A stretch of DNA of 64,000 bases, taken from assembly GCA_017654855.1 (NCBI GenBank), contig CM030332.1, positions 4,836,001 through 4,900,000 on the forward strand, given 5' to 3'. Position 1 is the first letter of the stretch. The number at the start of each line of letters is the position of its first letter. The notes under the pieces are model-generated. The model had not been told where the DNA came from. It made no database searches and was given only the letters and a program-made list of their open reading frames with translations. Both the position numbers and the translations under genes were made by a program. Source of the DNA: Podospora anserina (Eukaryota). This document shows positions 26,243 through 37,596 of this stretch, one piece after another.

Positions 26243-26893
26243 TCACTGCCATTTGTCATCCCACCCATAATTCCACGGCACTTGCTGCTGGCCCCCATCC
26301 CCGCCAACCGGACTTAACCCCGACACCTCCCCCTTCCTAAAACTCCCACTCCCCCCACTCATACTATACCCAGACAAACTCCCACTTCCACCACTCCTCC
26401 CACTCCCCCCACTCCTTATACTCCCCCCCGCGGTCAGCTCACTCCCCCTCCTCTCCCTCTCTTTTCTCCTCCTCTCTTCCTTCTTCCTCCTGAGCAGTTC
26501 CTCCGGATCGGGCCCCGTCGTCGAGGTGATCGCATCAGAAGGGATCTCCCCTATCGGTGCCCTGAGCTTGGAGTGAGCTTCACTATCCGTCAGGGGGATC
26601 CCCGCCTTGCGGAAAGCTTCTTTTTGGTGTGACAGAAGAGCTTGCGTGGAGGGCTCGGATGTTGAGAGCCAGCCCGTGAGTTTGGAGACCTTTCCCAGGA
26701 GTTTCCCTCCACCTCCGCCTTCGCTTCGACTCCTGTCTTTGTTTGGGGAGGTGGGCTGTTGTTTCTTGGAGGAGGATTTGACAGAGGTTGATTTGCTGCT
26801 TTTGCGGGATTTGGACCGGTGTTGGGGGTCTGTTGCTTCTGGGTTTGCGCCGGACATGGCTGGGGGGTAGGAGGTGCGGTAGGTTGGGTCCAT
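26243..26893 (-). CDS. Hypothetical low-complexity protein (216 aa, MDPTYRTSY...)
   Basis: ATG in ACCATG context within a longer ORF. Central segment GWLSTSEPSTQAL..PIGEIPSDAI..GPDPEE looks protein-like. Confidence 0.65.
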   Translation of the reverse strand: MDPTYRTSYPPAMSGANPEATDPQHRSKSRKSSKSTSVKSSSKKQQPTSPNKDRSRSEGGGGGKLLGKVSKLTGWLSTSEPSTQALLSHQKEAFRKAGIPLTDSEAHSKLRAPIGEIPSDAITSTTGPDPEELLRRKKEERRRKERERRGSELTAGGSIRSGGSGRSGGSGSLSGYSMSGGSGSFRKGEVSGLSPVGGDGGQQQVPWNYGWDDKWQ

Positions 26894-27632
26894 GGTGGGT
26901 GTTTTGGTCTGGGTTGGGTGTGGAGGTGAGATCGGTGCGAGGATCTCGGTTGGTCTGTTTAGGTGAAGGTGAGGTCGACTTGAGAACGTTTTTATTTCGT
27001 CTGGATGTTGAGGTTTAATATACCCAGGTATCGACTCTCGTTTGGTTTGATAGGTCGGCTCGGCGATGAAGGCTGTTCGGGAGCTGGTAACACAGCGGCC
27101 ACACAGCTGAAGGGAAATCAGGACACCATCCAGACGCCAACTAATATTGACTTGTCGAGGACGTAAGAAAATTCCTTTATATTTCGCCGACAATGACTGT
27201 GTAACTCCGGATGATCACGCCACCGGCGGAAGAGGGGCATGAAAAGAATCACTATGAGAGATTCTCTCCGTTTGGAAGGAGCGTGTCCGGAGGGTTCTTC
27301 GGCTTGAGCAAGCTCTTCTACAGCTCATCAGGGGTCAGTCTTAAACCAGTGTCAGAAACAAGTTGTAAACCTTACGATGAAATCCTACGCACTGGCAGAA
27401 TGCTTGGCCGACTCGAAAGTATTAGAGTTTTTGCTGGAACCGGAATTGCTATCTGGGCCAAGTGTTGCAACTTGGCATGCGTCTTCAAATCGATGCCGGT
27501 CCAAAAGTTGAGCTTCTTGTGGTTGTGGTGTTCTTGGGATATCTCGACGGCTCCTGAAATGGCTACGGTATCTAGATAACCGTCTAGCCTTTTCTTCCCT
27601 CCAGACCCAAGCCAAGGGAGAAGCAAGCAGAC

Positions 27633-28600
27633 ATGCAAGAGATACCCGATCTGAAGTCTGGTGTGAGGGAGGTCACCAATAGAGGACCCTGGGGACGAAA
27701 AGCAACAAGCCAAGCAAACTCAGAAGCTAGCCACGAGATCCCGAGACAGAAACAGGCGCTAGTCAAAGAATGTAGCCGCCACGAGCTGAAAACCAGATAA
27801 GAGGAATTTGTCGATACCAACCCCCGGTGCCGAGTTGCCAGAGCCTACCACTTATATCGTTGAGTGAAATCCGAGCTTGCTCAATGACATAGTGTATGTA
27901 ACCTGCGGGGAGTGCAATATTTCATGGCGGTGTCAACCCCAAAGCAGCAGGAACCCTGGCTGCAACCTTGGCGAGAAAACCAGCCTGCATTGGACTGGGT
28001 GGATGTCGCTTGGCCTTGGTTCGATGATGCATCACAGTCGAGGATGGAAAACGGCCTTGGCACAGAGGAAGAATCTCTTCGAGTCCAAAGACTGTGCAGG
28101 ATCGTCGTCAACGGGCTGAGAATTGCATGCTTCTTTGCTTCTATGGAAGCCCTCTCCCGAAATCTGGAACATTCTTGGATGTCGATCCCACGTTAACTCC
28201 CGAGACGGGCGGTATGATGGATGGTGCCATGAACCGACTAGATTGGCGAGTCCAGAGAACTGGGTACGTGATCCCGAATGCCGCAAGATATATTAACCAG
28301 ATGCAACCTAGGGCTAATCCTAGGAAAATCCTCGCAGCTTGCAAAATCTTGACAACTCGTGGTGAGGGTCAACTTATGCCAATAAAATGCAGGCTGGTTT
28401 CTTTCAGGTCTAGACGTCTGCGGACTCGAGAAGCGAGCAAGATTGCGCGCACTGTTGAGCCTGCAGCTGTCAGTTCTCAGACCAAGTCTCCGAGAAGCAA
28501 GTTAGTTCAGCTCTTCTTTGGGAGGGAAGGTCAAGAGGTCATCCAGAAAGGACCTCAGATGCACCGGAGCATCCTGCCCTGCATCCGGTGCCCGACCTAA
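27633..28600 (+). pseudogene. Possible decayed coding relic
   Basis: One frame runs from ATG 27633 to 28196 with three internal stops and overlaps a further ORF (28094-28600). No family recognised. Confidence 0.2.
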
Positions 28601-29226
28601 CCTACCAGGAGAGAGCTTGATATCAATGTTGTCTTGTCTGGCGAATGGCACTGTGCTTCGACTGCATCTCCGTCTTCTAGCTTGGTCTTGATTGAGGTCC
28701 AGTGGGAGAAACATGGCAGTGATTGGTCGGCAACTGCAGGAGTCCTGTAGGAATGATTCGATTTATGCCTAGAAAAAGAACAATAGGCGCGTAAAGCCCT
28801 CAGCAAAAACTGGATGGAAGTCAAACATCTTCGATTTTCGAAGCCTCGCAGCGAGGGAGTGTTTCAAATGCTGTCAAGGTTCTCCGAAAGTCAAGATTCG
28901 GGACGCACAGACTTTAGCCCCACCATGGTGGGGCAATGTCGGTTAATCATCCGCCCTTGGCGACCCCCCCCAAGCCGCCGTCGCCTAATTCCCCGCCTTT
29001 CTTTGACATCCCTCACAGTCAGCCTGGAGGCCAAACGCCAACCAACGAGCCACGCAGACAAACATTCTTCCCCTTGCTTCCGCATCTGCAAGCCGCGCTT
29101 TCTGTCGGGTCACTCACGTTTTTTGACTTGACTTTTCTGCGCTCCCAGTTCAGCTTGCGCAAAACGCGCTTTGCTCCTCAACCCAACTTCAGAGCCTCGC
29201 GCGTGACCCAACACCAACCGGCGACC

Positions 29227-30237
29227 ATGCCCGGCCTCACTATCATAAACGACGGAACACAGGCCACGCCGGCCTCCGGCGCGGCGCACGGTTCCGGACC
29301 CGGCTCCGCACCTCAACAACAACCATCTCAACCTCAACCACCACCACCAAACTCATCATCACGACAAGCACCACAACGCCATCAACAACCACCACAACTC
29401 CCCACCACGATCACAACCCCCAGAGCACCCTCCCCAACCCGCCCCCCAATATCCCCCATAACCCCCAAACTCGACCCCACCAAACCGACCCTCCCCCCTC
29501 ACCTCCCAAAAGAAACCCCCATCCCACCCCCCACAATCCCCGACTTCTCCCTCTCCCGCCCACCCCTCTCCCACACCTCCCAACCCCAAGCCCAAACCGC
29601 CATCCCCCCTCCCCAACCAGTCCCACTAGACTTCGACTCCAACCCCGACGTCCTAGCCCTCAAATCAGCAATCTCCATCCTCCAACTCCAGCGCCAACGC
29701 GCCCGAGCAGACATCCAATCCCTCCACAAAGCCAAACTCTCCGCCCTCTCCGACCCAGCCTCCTTTGTCGCAGACCTCACAACCGGAATGGTTGGCCAAA
29801 GGGAAGAGGGCCTATTCGGGGGATCACCGCCATCCGACTCTGACTCTGACGACTCCGACGAGGACACTAAGAAGCAAGATGGAGAGGAGAAGGAAAAGGA
29901 GCCAGCATGGAGGACGTTACCCAAACCACAAACTGTCGTCCGATGCCCGCCTATAAACTGGAATCAGTACGTAATCGTGGGCGAGAGTTTGGATAAGTTA
30001 CATGCTGAACAGCTCAAGGCGCCGACGCCGGGGGTTCCGGTTGTGATGACGGGGGGGTCAAACCAGGGGACGGCCGGGAGGTTCGAGTTTACGGCTGGGC
30101 AGCAGGGTGGTGGTGGTGGAGGTGCTGGAGGGGGTTTGGTGGGGAGTAATCAGCCGCAGAAGTTGGTCGGGATCGCGGCGCCGTATGTGCCGGGGAGGGA
30201 CAAGATTGAGAAGAAGAGGGGAGGGAAACGGTCGTGA
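29227..30237 (+). CDS. Hypothetical Pro-rich protein (336 aa, MPGLTIIND...)
   Basis: Long ORF with strong codon bias and ordered blocks NPDVLALKSAISILQLQRQRA and PQTVVRCPPINWNQY..GESLDKLH. Confidence 0.8.
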   Translation: MPGLTIINDGTQATPASGAAHGSGPGSAPQQQPSQPQPPPPNSSSRQAPQRHQQPPQLPTTITTPRAPSPTRPPISPITPKLDPTKPTLPPHLPKETPIPPPTIPDFSLSRPPLSHTSQPQAQTAIPPPQPVPLDFDSNPDVLALKSAISILQLQRQRARADIQSLHKAKLSALSDPASFVADLTTGMVGQREEGLFGGSPPSDSDSDDSDEDTKKQDGEEKEKEPAWRTLPKPQTVVRCPPINWNQYVIVGESLDKLHAEQLKAPTPGVPVVMTGGSNQGTAGRFEFTAGQQGGGGGGAGGGLVGSNQPQKLVGIAAPYVPGRDKIEKKRGGKRS

Positions 30238-30942
30238 TCTATCTCGTGAGAAAGAAAAGGAAGGGGCAATAAGACATGACAGTGAGAAACTTTCAGGAGA
30301 TCATTATGAAGTGGACGAATATAGAGCAACACAAAGGGGGGCATCAGCTAGGCGTTTTTGGAGTTTGAATTTCCACAAGGGAACAACAGAGAGGACTAAT
30401 GGCAACAGGATAGATGTTAAACAATAGGCTTTTAATTACAAATGGACTTCTCACTGTCCAGGTCAGCTGAGAGCTATTCATTCACAACAAACACATCACA
30501 TCACGTCTCACGCTGTAAGTGGCTACAAAACACACTTCAATTCCTCACAAATGCTCCAGCGAAATGACCATCTATCAATGTCCCAGCCCAGCCCCCCAAA
30601 CCTCCCATCGCTTGCCCGAATTTAAGCTATTGTTTGACTACGCTCCCGGGGAAGTAAGAAAAGATGCCTGTCAGAACGACAGCAACTGGACAACAAAACA
30701 GCTATCGTCACATGTCGACCACACCAGCAGCACCGCATATTAAAAGCCATAAATAAGCTCACTATAACCCTTGCCTCATCGCTACATCCCCCAAATCCCA
30801 GCCTCAAAACGCCGTGAAGCTTGCCTTTCGGATCCTGTATCCTAACAAGCTGATGTGAGAAAACGTACGGTGGAAGTGGTTTAAAAGTCCCTATAGTATG
30901 TTAGCCTGGTAAAACACCGCATGAATAATCCAACGGGCTTAG

Positions 30943-32758
30943 TTACTCCATAGACTGCTGAACCGAGCGACGAAGACGCCGGTTGTAGTTGCGGCGCTCG
31001 TCCACTCCTCCCCAGTACAGCTTGAAGGCTTCCGGATTGACCAGCGTCCGAGGATCGTACGGAGGGTTCTCCTCCTCCAAAGCATCAATCACCGCCTCAA
31101 TGTGAGACTTGACATCCTCTCTCTTACTGATCGCAGAAACATAGCATGGCGTTCCATCAGGGGATATCCTATGGTGGAAGAGACGGGTCTCAAATCTAAC
31201 ACGAGGCTGTTCTTCTGGGAACCTGGGGCTGAAGTGAAGCCTGAATCTGAACAGCCCACCATCGAGATTCGTCATGGGCTTCCCGAAATAAGTGACTGCC
31301 CAGATAAAGGGGTTGCTGTCGACCAGCTCGATGTTGTGCGGGAGATCTGCACGCTTGAAGGACTCGACCACCTGCTCGAACTGGCGATAGAGGTTGACCG
31401 CGACGGTGGTCTCTTTGGCCTTGGCCTCCATTCCCTCAGCCGCCCATCGGTCAGTCTCCGCATCGAGAGCATTTTTGATGTTGCGCAGCCGCCTCTCCAG
31501 TTCTGGGTAGTTGAACTTTCCCTCCATCGAGTTGCTAGCTCCTTCAAAAGGCATCCTGGTGAAAGATTGCCCGTCCTTGGTCTCTTCCTTCCCCTTCTGG
31601 ACGGCTGCGAGGTACGACTCATAGTACCACAGGAAGCGACGCTTGCATAGATCCTTGAATGGCAGGAACGGGGTGCTATCCTCATCTAGCGTATCCATGT
31701 CGAGATCGTAGTCACTTGGCACCATTGGGTTGATAGATCCGCCTGCATCCATCCCAAGATACTCCTCGAGACGTTGAATCACCGAGATTCGGAGGGTTTC
31801 ATGCCGAATCTGTCCTCCCGTCAGCCTCGCAACCGGCAATGAACCATCGATTTCGTTACCTTTTGGACGTAGTCCTTCTGGTTCTTCTTGTCCGATGACT
31901 CATTGGCATCTTCGAATCCGGGCTCGTTTTCGTAGGGATTCGTAGACATCAGGCTCTGGATCGAGAGGAGGATAGACTCAAGGCCCTGCGCAGCTGACCA
32001 CTCCTCACCAGGTTCTCCACGCCATGTCCTAGGTCTTGTTAGTCCAAAGCGAGAAGAAGCGTGCGCAGAGAGACAAGAAAGTACCCGAGAATCGACCTAT
32101 ATCCTGGTTAGCCCGGACTCTCCCCCGATTGATCGCTCCTGTACGTACAAGCAAACTTTTCCATTAGCATAGATGTTGGGGTTAAACCGGGTACGGCCAG
32201 AGTTTGTCGTGGTACAAGTGACTGTTGGTGACTTGCGGGGGTAATCTAGAGAAGATCAGATTGGTTGCTGAGCGAACAATGACAAAGATGCCGGAAAGCG
32301 AATGTCGATGTCTCTTATAAACCATCATCACGTACCCTTGTTGAACTTGAAGTCGAACTGCTGGTATGTTAGCCAGCTACCAATCATTGCAGACTCATTT
32401 CATGTTACCTCGAAGAAGCCGAATTCATACGGCGTCTCGTGGGGACCAATGATGAGGGCCTTGACGTTTCGGACATCTATGTCACGACAAGCGACGGCGA
32501 GAGCTAAGGAGTCTTGTGAGCTGAAGATACACGGGGCTACCGTTTTGGAGACCATGGCAGCTTACAAAGATCCGAGTTTTTCTGGAGGTCACTCAGCTCC
32601 TATACGTCAAGAGCGACATCGCCGTCTGTGTCAGCCTTCGGTACAACTTCGAGCCCATCCATGTTGCAGCCCCGCGGTGTGTGCTCTCCCCCACTGTCCG
32701 AGAGCGTCGAACCACGGCAACCCACCTTTGTGATCCGGAAGACGGACTGGTCCGCCAT
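30943..32758 (-). CDS. Ubiquitin-conjugating enzyme (UBE2Z-like) with a second C-terminal UBC-fold domain, 442 aa; exons 32758-32726, 32599-32566, 32503-32409, 32357-32336, 32245-32149, 32096-32085, 32028-31860, 31809-30943
   Basis: Spliced product has [35 protein letters not shown] and PYENEPG. The second domain has GKPMTNLDGG..FPEEQPRVRF..FHHRISPDGTPC. All seven introns are GT-AG and the total length is a multiple of 3. Confidence 0.9.
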
Positions 32759-33744
32759 GGTGGATGAATGTTGTCGAAATGGATGTCGTCAAGGCGGAGT
32801 GTATAATGAATAAAACAGTGAAGAACTGTGCTGCGGACCGTCAAGGGTAGCTGGTAGCTATGCTGGGAATGAGGTTCTCACGAGTTGGATGTTTGGGAGA
32901 AGGGGTCCGGGTCAGCACAAATGGTCGAAAGGCAGTGGGTTGCGGGTGCCCGGACAAGGTTATAGGCAGGTCCCGCCTACGAGATTAGCGGCCTTTGCCT
33001 GCGCTAACGTTGGGTGTAACTGACAGTTGGGACAAAGTGCGGGGCAACAGTTATTGAGAGTTGGAGACTGAAAGGGATCGATTGGTTAATAACAGCACAA
33101 TGTGGTAGCATTGCCTGATGTAAAACTGCATGCTTGGGCTTCTATGGAATGTAGAGTTACCTCGCCAGGCAATTTGAGGACCACATACCAGTAGTGTGAA
33201 AGATCTGGGAATACAAGTCATTCGGCCTGTCCCCACTCTTGGTAGGCAACCACGCCTTTGTTTTCACTCGTTGATCTGCTACCTTAGTCGATGCCTTCGG
33301 CTACTGATGTGGTCATTACTCTTCGTTGGTTTGACATGTTGGTATCTCGAGAAGCCTGCATTCAACATGCAAATTTGGACGTGGCAGCCTTGTTTTATAT
33401 TAAAGCCGGCCCGGGTAGGTGAATCTCTGGAGGGGTCTTTGATGCCAGAGAGACCACCTGTTCAAGTCTGAACCTCTTGCAACATAAAAACAGGCGCATG
33501 GAAGATATGTTGAATCTAACCTGTTCATATCAAAGGCAGTATAGACAGGGGAAACATATGGACTCTGATACATTCTACACATTATACTAATGTCGTTGGG
33601 AAGGCTGTGGAGGGGAACAGTTGTGTGTGAAGCACCCCTCCATGACTGACCATCGGTGTTGTGGAGCCACAGGTACCGAGAGTGGGGGCCAGCTTGGAGA
33701 ACCCCTGTCCCCAACGACGCGGTCGTCGCGCTTTTTCCAACTTG

Positions 33745-33750
33745 ACGCGT
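33745..33750. promoter_or_regulatory. Putative MCB (ACGCGT) cell-cycle box upstream of RFC2
   Basis: Exact ACGCGT ~170 bp before the ATG of a DNA replication gene, with extra CGCG cores nearby. Confidence 0.4.
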
Positions 33751-33921
33751 AAAGTACCTTCATACTAGCATCGTCAACCTCGAGGTTTGCCTGCAGTAGC
33801 ATCACCTTCACAGCTTAACCTCTTTGCATTGATTTTCATTCCAGGCCGATCAATCTTCTCAATAACCGGAAAGTCCCCTTTTCCAGATACAAGCTAATCC
33901 ACATATTCGATATCCACAACT

Positions 33922-35203
33922 ATGGCCAGCTTTTTTGACCTCAAGGCCCGAAAGGCTGCCCTTGCCAATGGAGCAGCCACCAAAGAAACCGAGAAGAAAG
34001 ATGGCGAGAACACCAGAGTACAACCATGGGTTGAGAAATAGTACGTATTTTTCATCATGATCAACACTTCAACTTCCTAAATATTGACCCTCATCCCCCT
34101 CCAGCCGACCCAAAACCCTCAGCGATGTCACCGCCCAAGACCACACCATCACCGTCCTCCAGCGAACCCTCCAAGCCTCCAACGTATGTTCACCCCCTTC
34201 ACCACCTTCAAGTTTCCCAACTAACATGACCCTTTCTCCCCAGCTCCCCCACATGCTCTTCTACGGACCCCCAGGAACAGGCAAAACCTCGACCATCCTC
34301 GCCCTCGCCAAAGAGCTCTACGGTCCCGAACTGATGAAATCCCGCGTCCTCGAGCTCAACGCCTCCGACGAGCGCGGCATTTCCATCGTCCGCGAAAAAG
34401 TCAAGGATTTCGCCCGCATGCAGCTCACCAACGTCTCCTCTGCCGCCTACAAAGCCCGCTACCCCTGCCCCCCGTTCAAGATCATCATTCTGGACGAGGC
34501 AGACAGCATGACGCAGGATGCGCAGTCGGCCCTGAGACGGACAATGGAGACATACAGCAAGATTACCCGTTTTTGTTTGATTTGCAACTACGTCACGAGG
34601 ATCATTGACCCGTTGGCGTCGAGGTGTAGCAAGTTTAGGTTCAAGAGTTTGGACCAAGGGAATGCGAAGAAACGATTGGAGGAGATTGCAGAGAAGGAAA
34701 AGGTTGGGTTGGACGAGGGGGCGGTGGAGGGGTTGATAAACTGTGCGGAGGGGGATTTGAGAAAGGCGATTACTTATCTGCAGAGTGCGGCGAGACTGGT
34801 TGGGGCGGTGCAGCAGCCTGGTGGAGGAGACGATGGGGAGGATGGGATGGATGTGGATAAGAAGACGGTTTCGGTCAAGATCGTGCAGGATATTGCGGGG
34901 GTGATTCCTGACGAGACGATTCAGAGACTTGTTAAGGCGATGAGGCCGACGACGTTGGGGGGGAATTATACACCTATTGCGAAGGAGGTGGAGGATATGG
35001 TGGCGGATGGGTGGAGTGCTGGGCAGGTGGTAACTCAGCTTTATCAGGCGGTGGTGTATGACGAGACAATTGAGGACGCGCAAAAGAACAAGATTCTGTT
35101 GGTGTTCTCGGAGATTGATAAGAGGTTGGTGGACGGGGCGGATGAGCATCTTTCGATTTTGGATCTGGCGTTGCGAATATCGGGTATTTTGGGTGGGAGA
35201 TAG
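33922..35203 (+). CDS. RFC2: Replication factor C small subunit (yeast Rfc2 / human RFC4); exons 33922-34040, 34105-34183, 34244-35203
   Basis: [37 protein letters not shown] and SRC motifs. Confidence 0.95.
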
Positions 35204-35336
35204 ATAGGGAGGCATGATGTTGCACGGAATAATGTAAATTCCCATGGCGTTTTGGGGACAGCAAGCAGGCAAAAATACAGGGGAACTGGTAGAATCGTCT
35301 TTTCTTGCCACCTTAAACTACATAATACAATACATT

Positions 35337-36914
35337 TCACTCATCAGACCTCAGCAGCCCCAGATTCCCGTTGACCATATCCCAAACCGTTCCTGTCTTG
35401 GCCGCTGCTGCTGGTTGCTCAACCATCTTGCTTCCTCGACGGGTGTGTTTTCTCGCAGGCGAGCTCCCCTCCGCCATCCAGATATCCTCCTCCCCTTCGT
35501 TCATGCTCGCTCCCTCTCCGGCCTTCCGTCCCAGCAAGAGATCCACCTCCGCTAACGTCTGCAACGACCCCTCCAGCGCCACCTGCCCTTCCTCAATCTT
35601 CTCCGCTACTGTCTCAAACGTGGCAATCTTGGCTTGCTCAGCTGCATACACCCATTGTTTGACACGGCCAGAAACTTGGGTGTAGTCGTCATTGCTGGTG
35701 GAGAGGGTATGGTCACTGGACTTTACCCTATTGCCTCCCGGCATAGGGTGTGCGGGTATCAACTGGCTTTCTTGAGCTAGATGATCCAAAGCCGTGGTGT
35801 TTTCCTTGACTTGTTTGCTGATTGTATTGTTCAGATGGTGTTTCTGAGCAATGAGACCCTTTTGCTCGCGGGAGAGGGCGAGGAGTTGCTCTAGGTAGGG
35901 GGTGAGGAGTTGTGCTGCGGACGTTGGTTGAGAAGACAGCCCAGACTCGTTCTGTGAGTTCATATCTTCTGGTTTGGTGGGTTTGATGTCTGGTTTAGGG
36001 TGTTGGCTGACGAGATTGAGGAGGGATTTGCGAGCCTCGAGGTATTGGTCGTATTTATCTTTTATACTGACCAGCTGGGCGTCCATGTCAAGGGGCTCGT
36101 TAATGGACGCTTTGCTGGCGCGGAATCGGTTGTCTAGACTGCCTTGGGGGGGGTCGGCGTCGTCGCCTGATGCTTTGGAGAGTTCATTTTCGATCCAGCT
36201 GATGAGTTCTATCCTGGTTTTGTTGAGGGCTTCGAGTTTGGCGCTGTCGGTGGTGGTTTCTGGGCGGGCGGTGGATTGTGACCTGACCTTGTCTAGGGCT
36301 TTCTCTTCTTTTTGGAGTAATAGCTTTGCCTCGAAGACGTGTTTCTCTAGTTGGTCGTTTAGGTCTTTGAGGTGGGCGTTGGTGGAGGTGTTATCGAGAG
36401 TCATGGCGGAGACGATCTCTCTTGGAATGCTGGGTAGAGATCGACTGTCTCGAAATACCTCCTTGGGGTTCATGAAATCTGGCGATGCTGCTGGCTTTTG
36501 ACTCAGCTGGATGAGGTGCTTTTCGATTGCCTGGAGCCTCTCGCGCTTCTTTTCGAGACTGATAATCGCCAGGTGCTCCTGGAGACGCTCTAGGCCTCCA
36601 TTTGAGCTGTCATCTTCTTCTGGCTCGCTTGCATGACTGGTTTCATGAGTCTGCTTTCTGAACTCGTCACGGGCTTTGATGTTTGCCCTCAAGGCCTCGA
36701 GATATTGTCGATAAAGGCCTTGGGTGGTGGAGGCTGGGCCAGGCTTCTGATCAGTAACCAGAGCCAAGGGTTCTCTAACAGATCCATGCTGGAGACTAGA
36801 CTCCAGATGCAATGCTATCATTCGTCGAATATGTGCTGCTTCTTCACGTGGTCTGATATAGCGGTCGAGAACTCTTTGTATGGTTGTGAGGGTATCATTG
36901 GTTGGGCTGGGCAT
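35337..36914 (-). CDS. Hypothetical coiled-coil protein (525 aa)
   Basis: Single long ATG-initiated ORF with heptad-rich helical segments. Family not recognised. Confidence 0.8.
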   Translation of the reverse strand: MPSPTNDTLTTIQRVLDRYIRPREEAAHIRRMIALHLESSLQHGSVREPLALVTDQKPGPASTTQGLYRQYLEALRANIKARDEFRKQTHETSHASEPEEDDSSNGGLERLQEHLAIISLEKKRERLQAIEKHLIQLSQKPAASPDFMNPKEVFRDSRSLPSIPREIVSAMTLDNTSTNAHLKDLNDQLEKHVFEAKLLLQKEEKALDKVRSQSTARPETTTDSAKLEALNKTRIELISWIENELSKASGDDADPPQGSLDNRFRASKASINEPLDMDAQLVSIKDKYDQYLEARKSLLNLVSQHPKPDIKPTKPEDMNSQNESGLSSQPTSAAQLLTPYLEQLLALSREQKGLIAQKHHLNNTISKQVKENTTALDHLAQESQLIPAHPMPGGNRVKSSDHTLSTSNDDYTQVSGRVKQWVYAAEQAKIATFETVAEKIEEGQVALEGSLQTLAEVDLLLGRKAGEGASMNEGEEDIWMAEGSSPARKHTRRGSKMVEQPAAAAKTGTVWDMVNGNLGLLRSDE

Positions 36915-37596
36915 TGCGGTGAGTTGTAAGGTGAGGTTGAAGCGTTCGCTAACAAAAGATTGAGGATGCTGGCTTCGGTTTATGGGTCCAGTTGTCTTTG
37001 AAGAAGAGTATATTAAACACCCATGGATTCAGCGTATTCTCGACAATTTCATGAATAACCTCGTATTGCTGTAGTCAGTAAGTGGTGTTGTTGTTTGTGA
37101 CAAGATACTGTCTTGAGCAGCTTGTAAACACACTGGCTGTTTGTTAGGGAAGTTGACTTGATATAAATGCAGGGGCCATCAGTGGTGTCCTCACTAAATA
37201 TGCCTCAGCTACGGTTTACTTTGACAGCAGGCGGCCAATCAGAGGACGTCGCGGAACTACCCAAAAAATTCCCACATAGAGGACGGCGCATGGCAGCTTC
37301 AACTCTCAGACGCGAGCAGCGCGACTGCTATTTTCCACCACATCCATCTCTCAACAACGTGTGACCTGCGTCGTCCACCCACCACGAATTCAGTCATTTG
37401 ATGCGGCACTCGAATGCATATTTCTTTCAGCTTCTTCAGACAAGCCTGAGTTCAGTTTTGGGGCGGGGCTGGGTTGGAATAGTTTCCGCCACAGACAGGT
37501 TTCGCTGCGGCGACTGCGAAATCCCATAATTTTGAGACGACCACCCTCACCTCGTCGATTTCTCCCCGTATCATCCATCTCCCACCATCCGCCAAC

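Noticed and set aside
34208-35311. 367-aa antisense ORF over RFC2
   Set aside because: Completely overlaps a conserved gene and has the composition of an antisense shadow.
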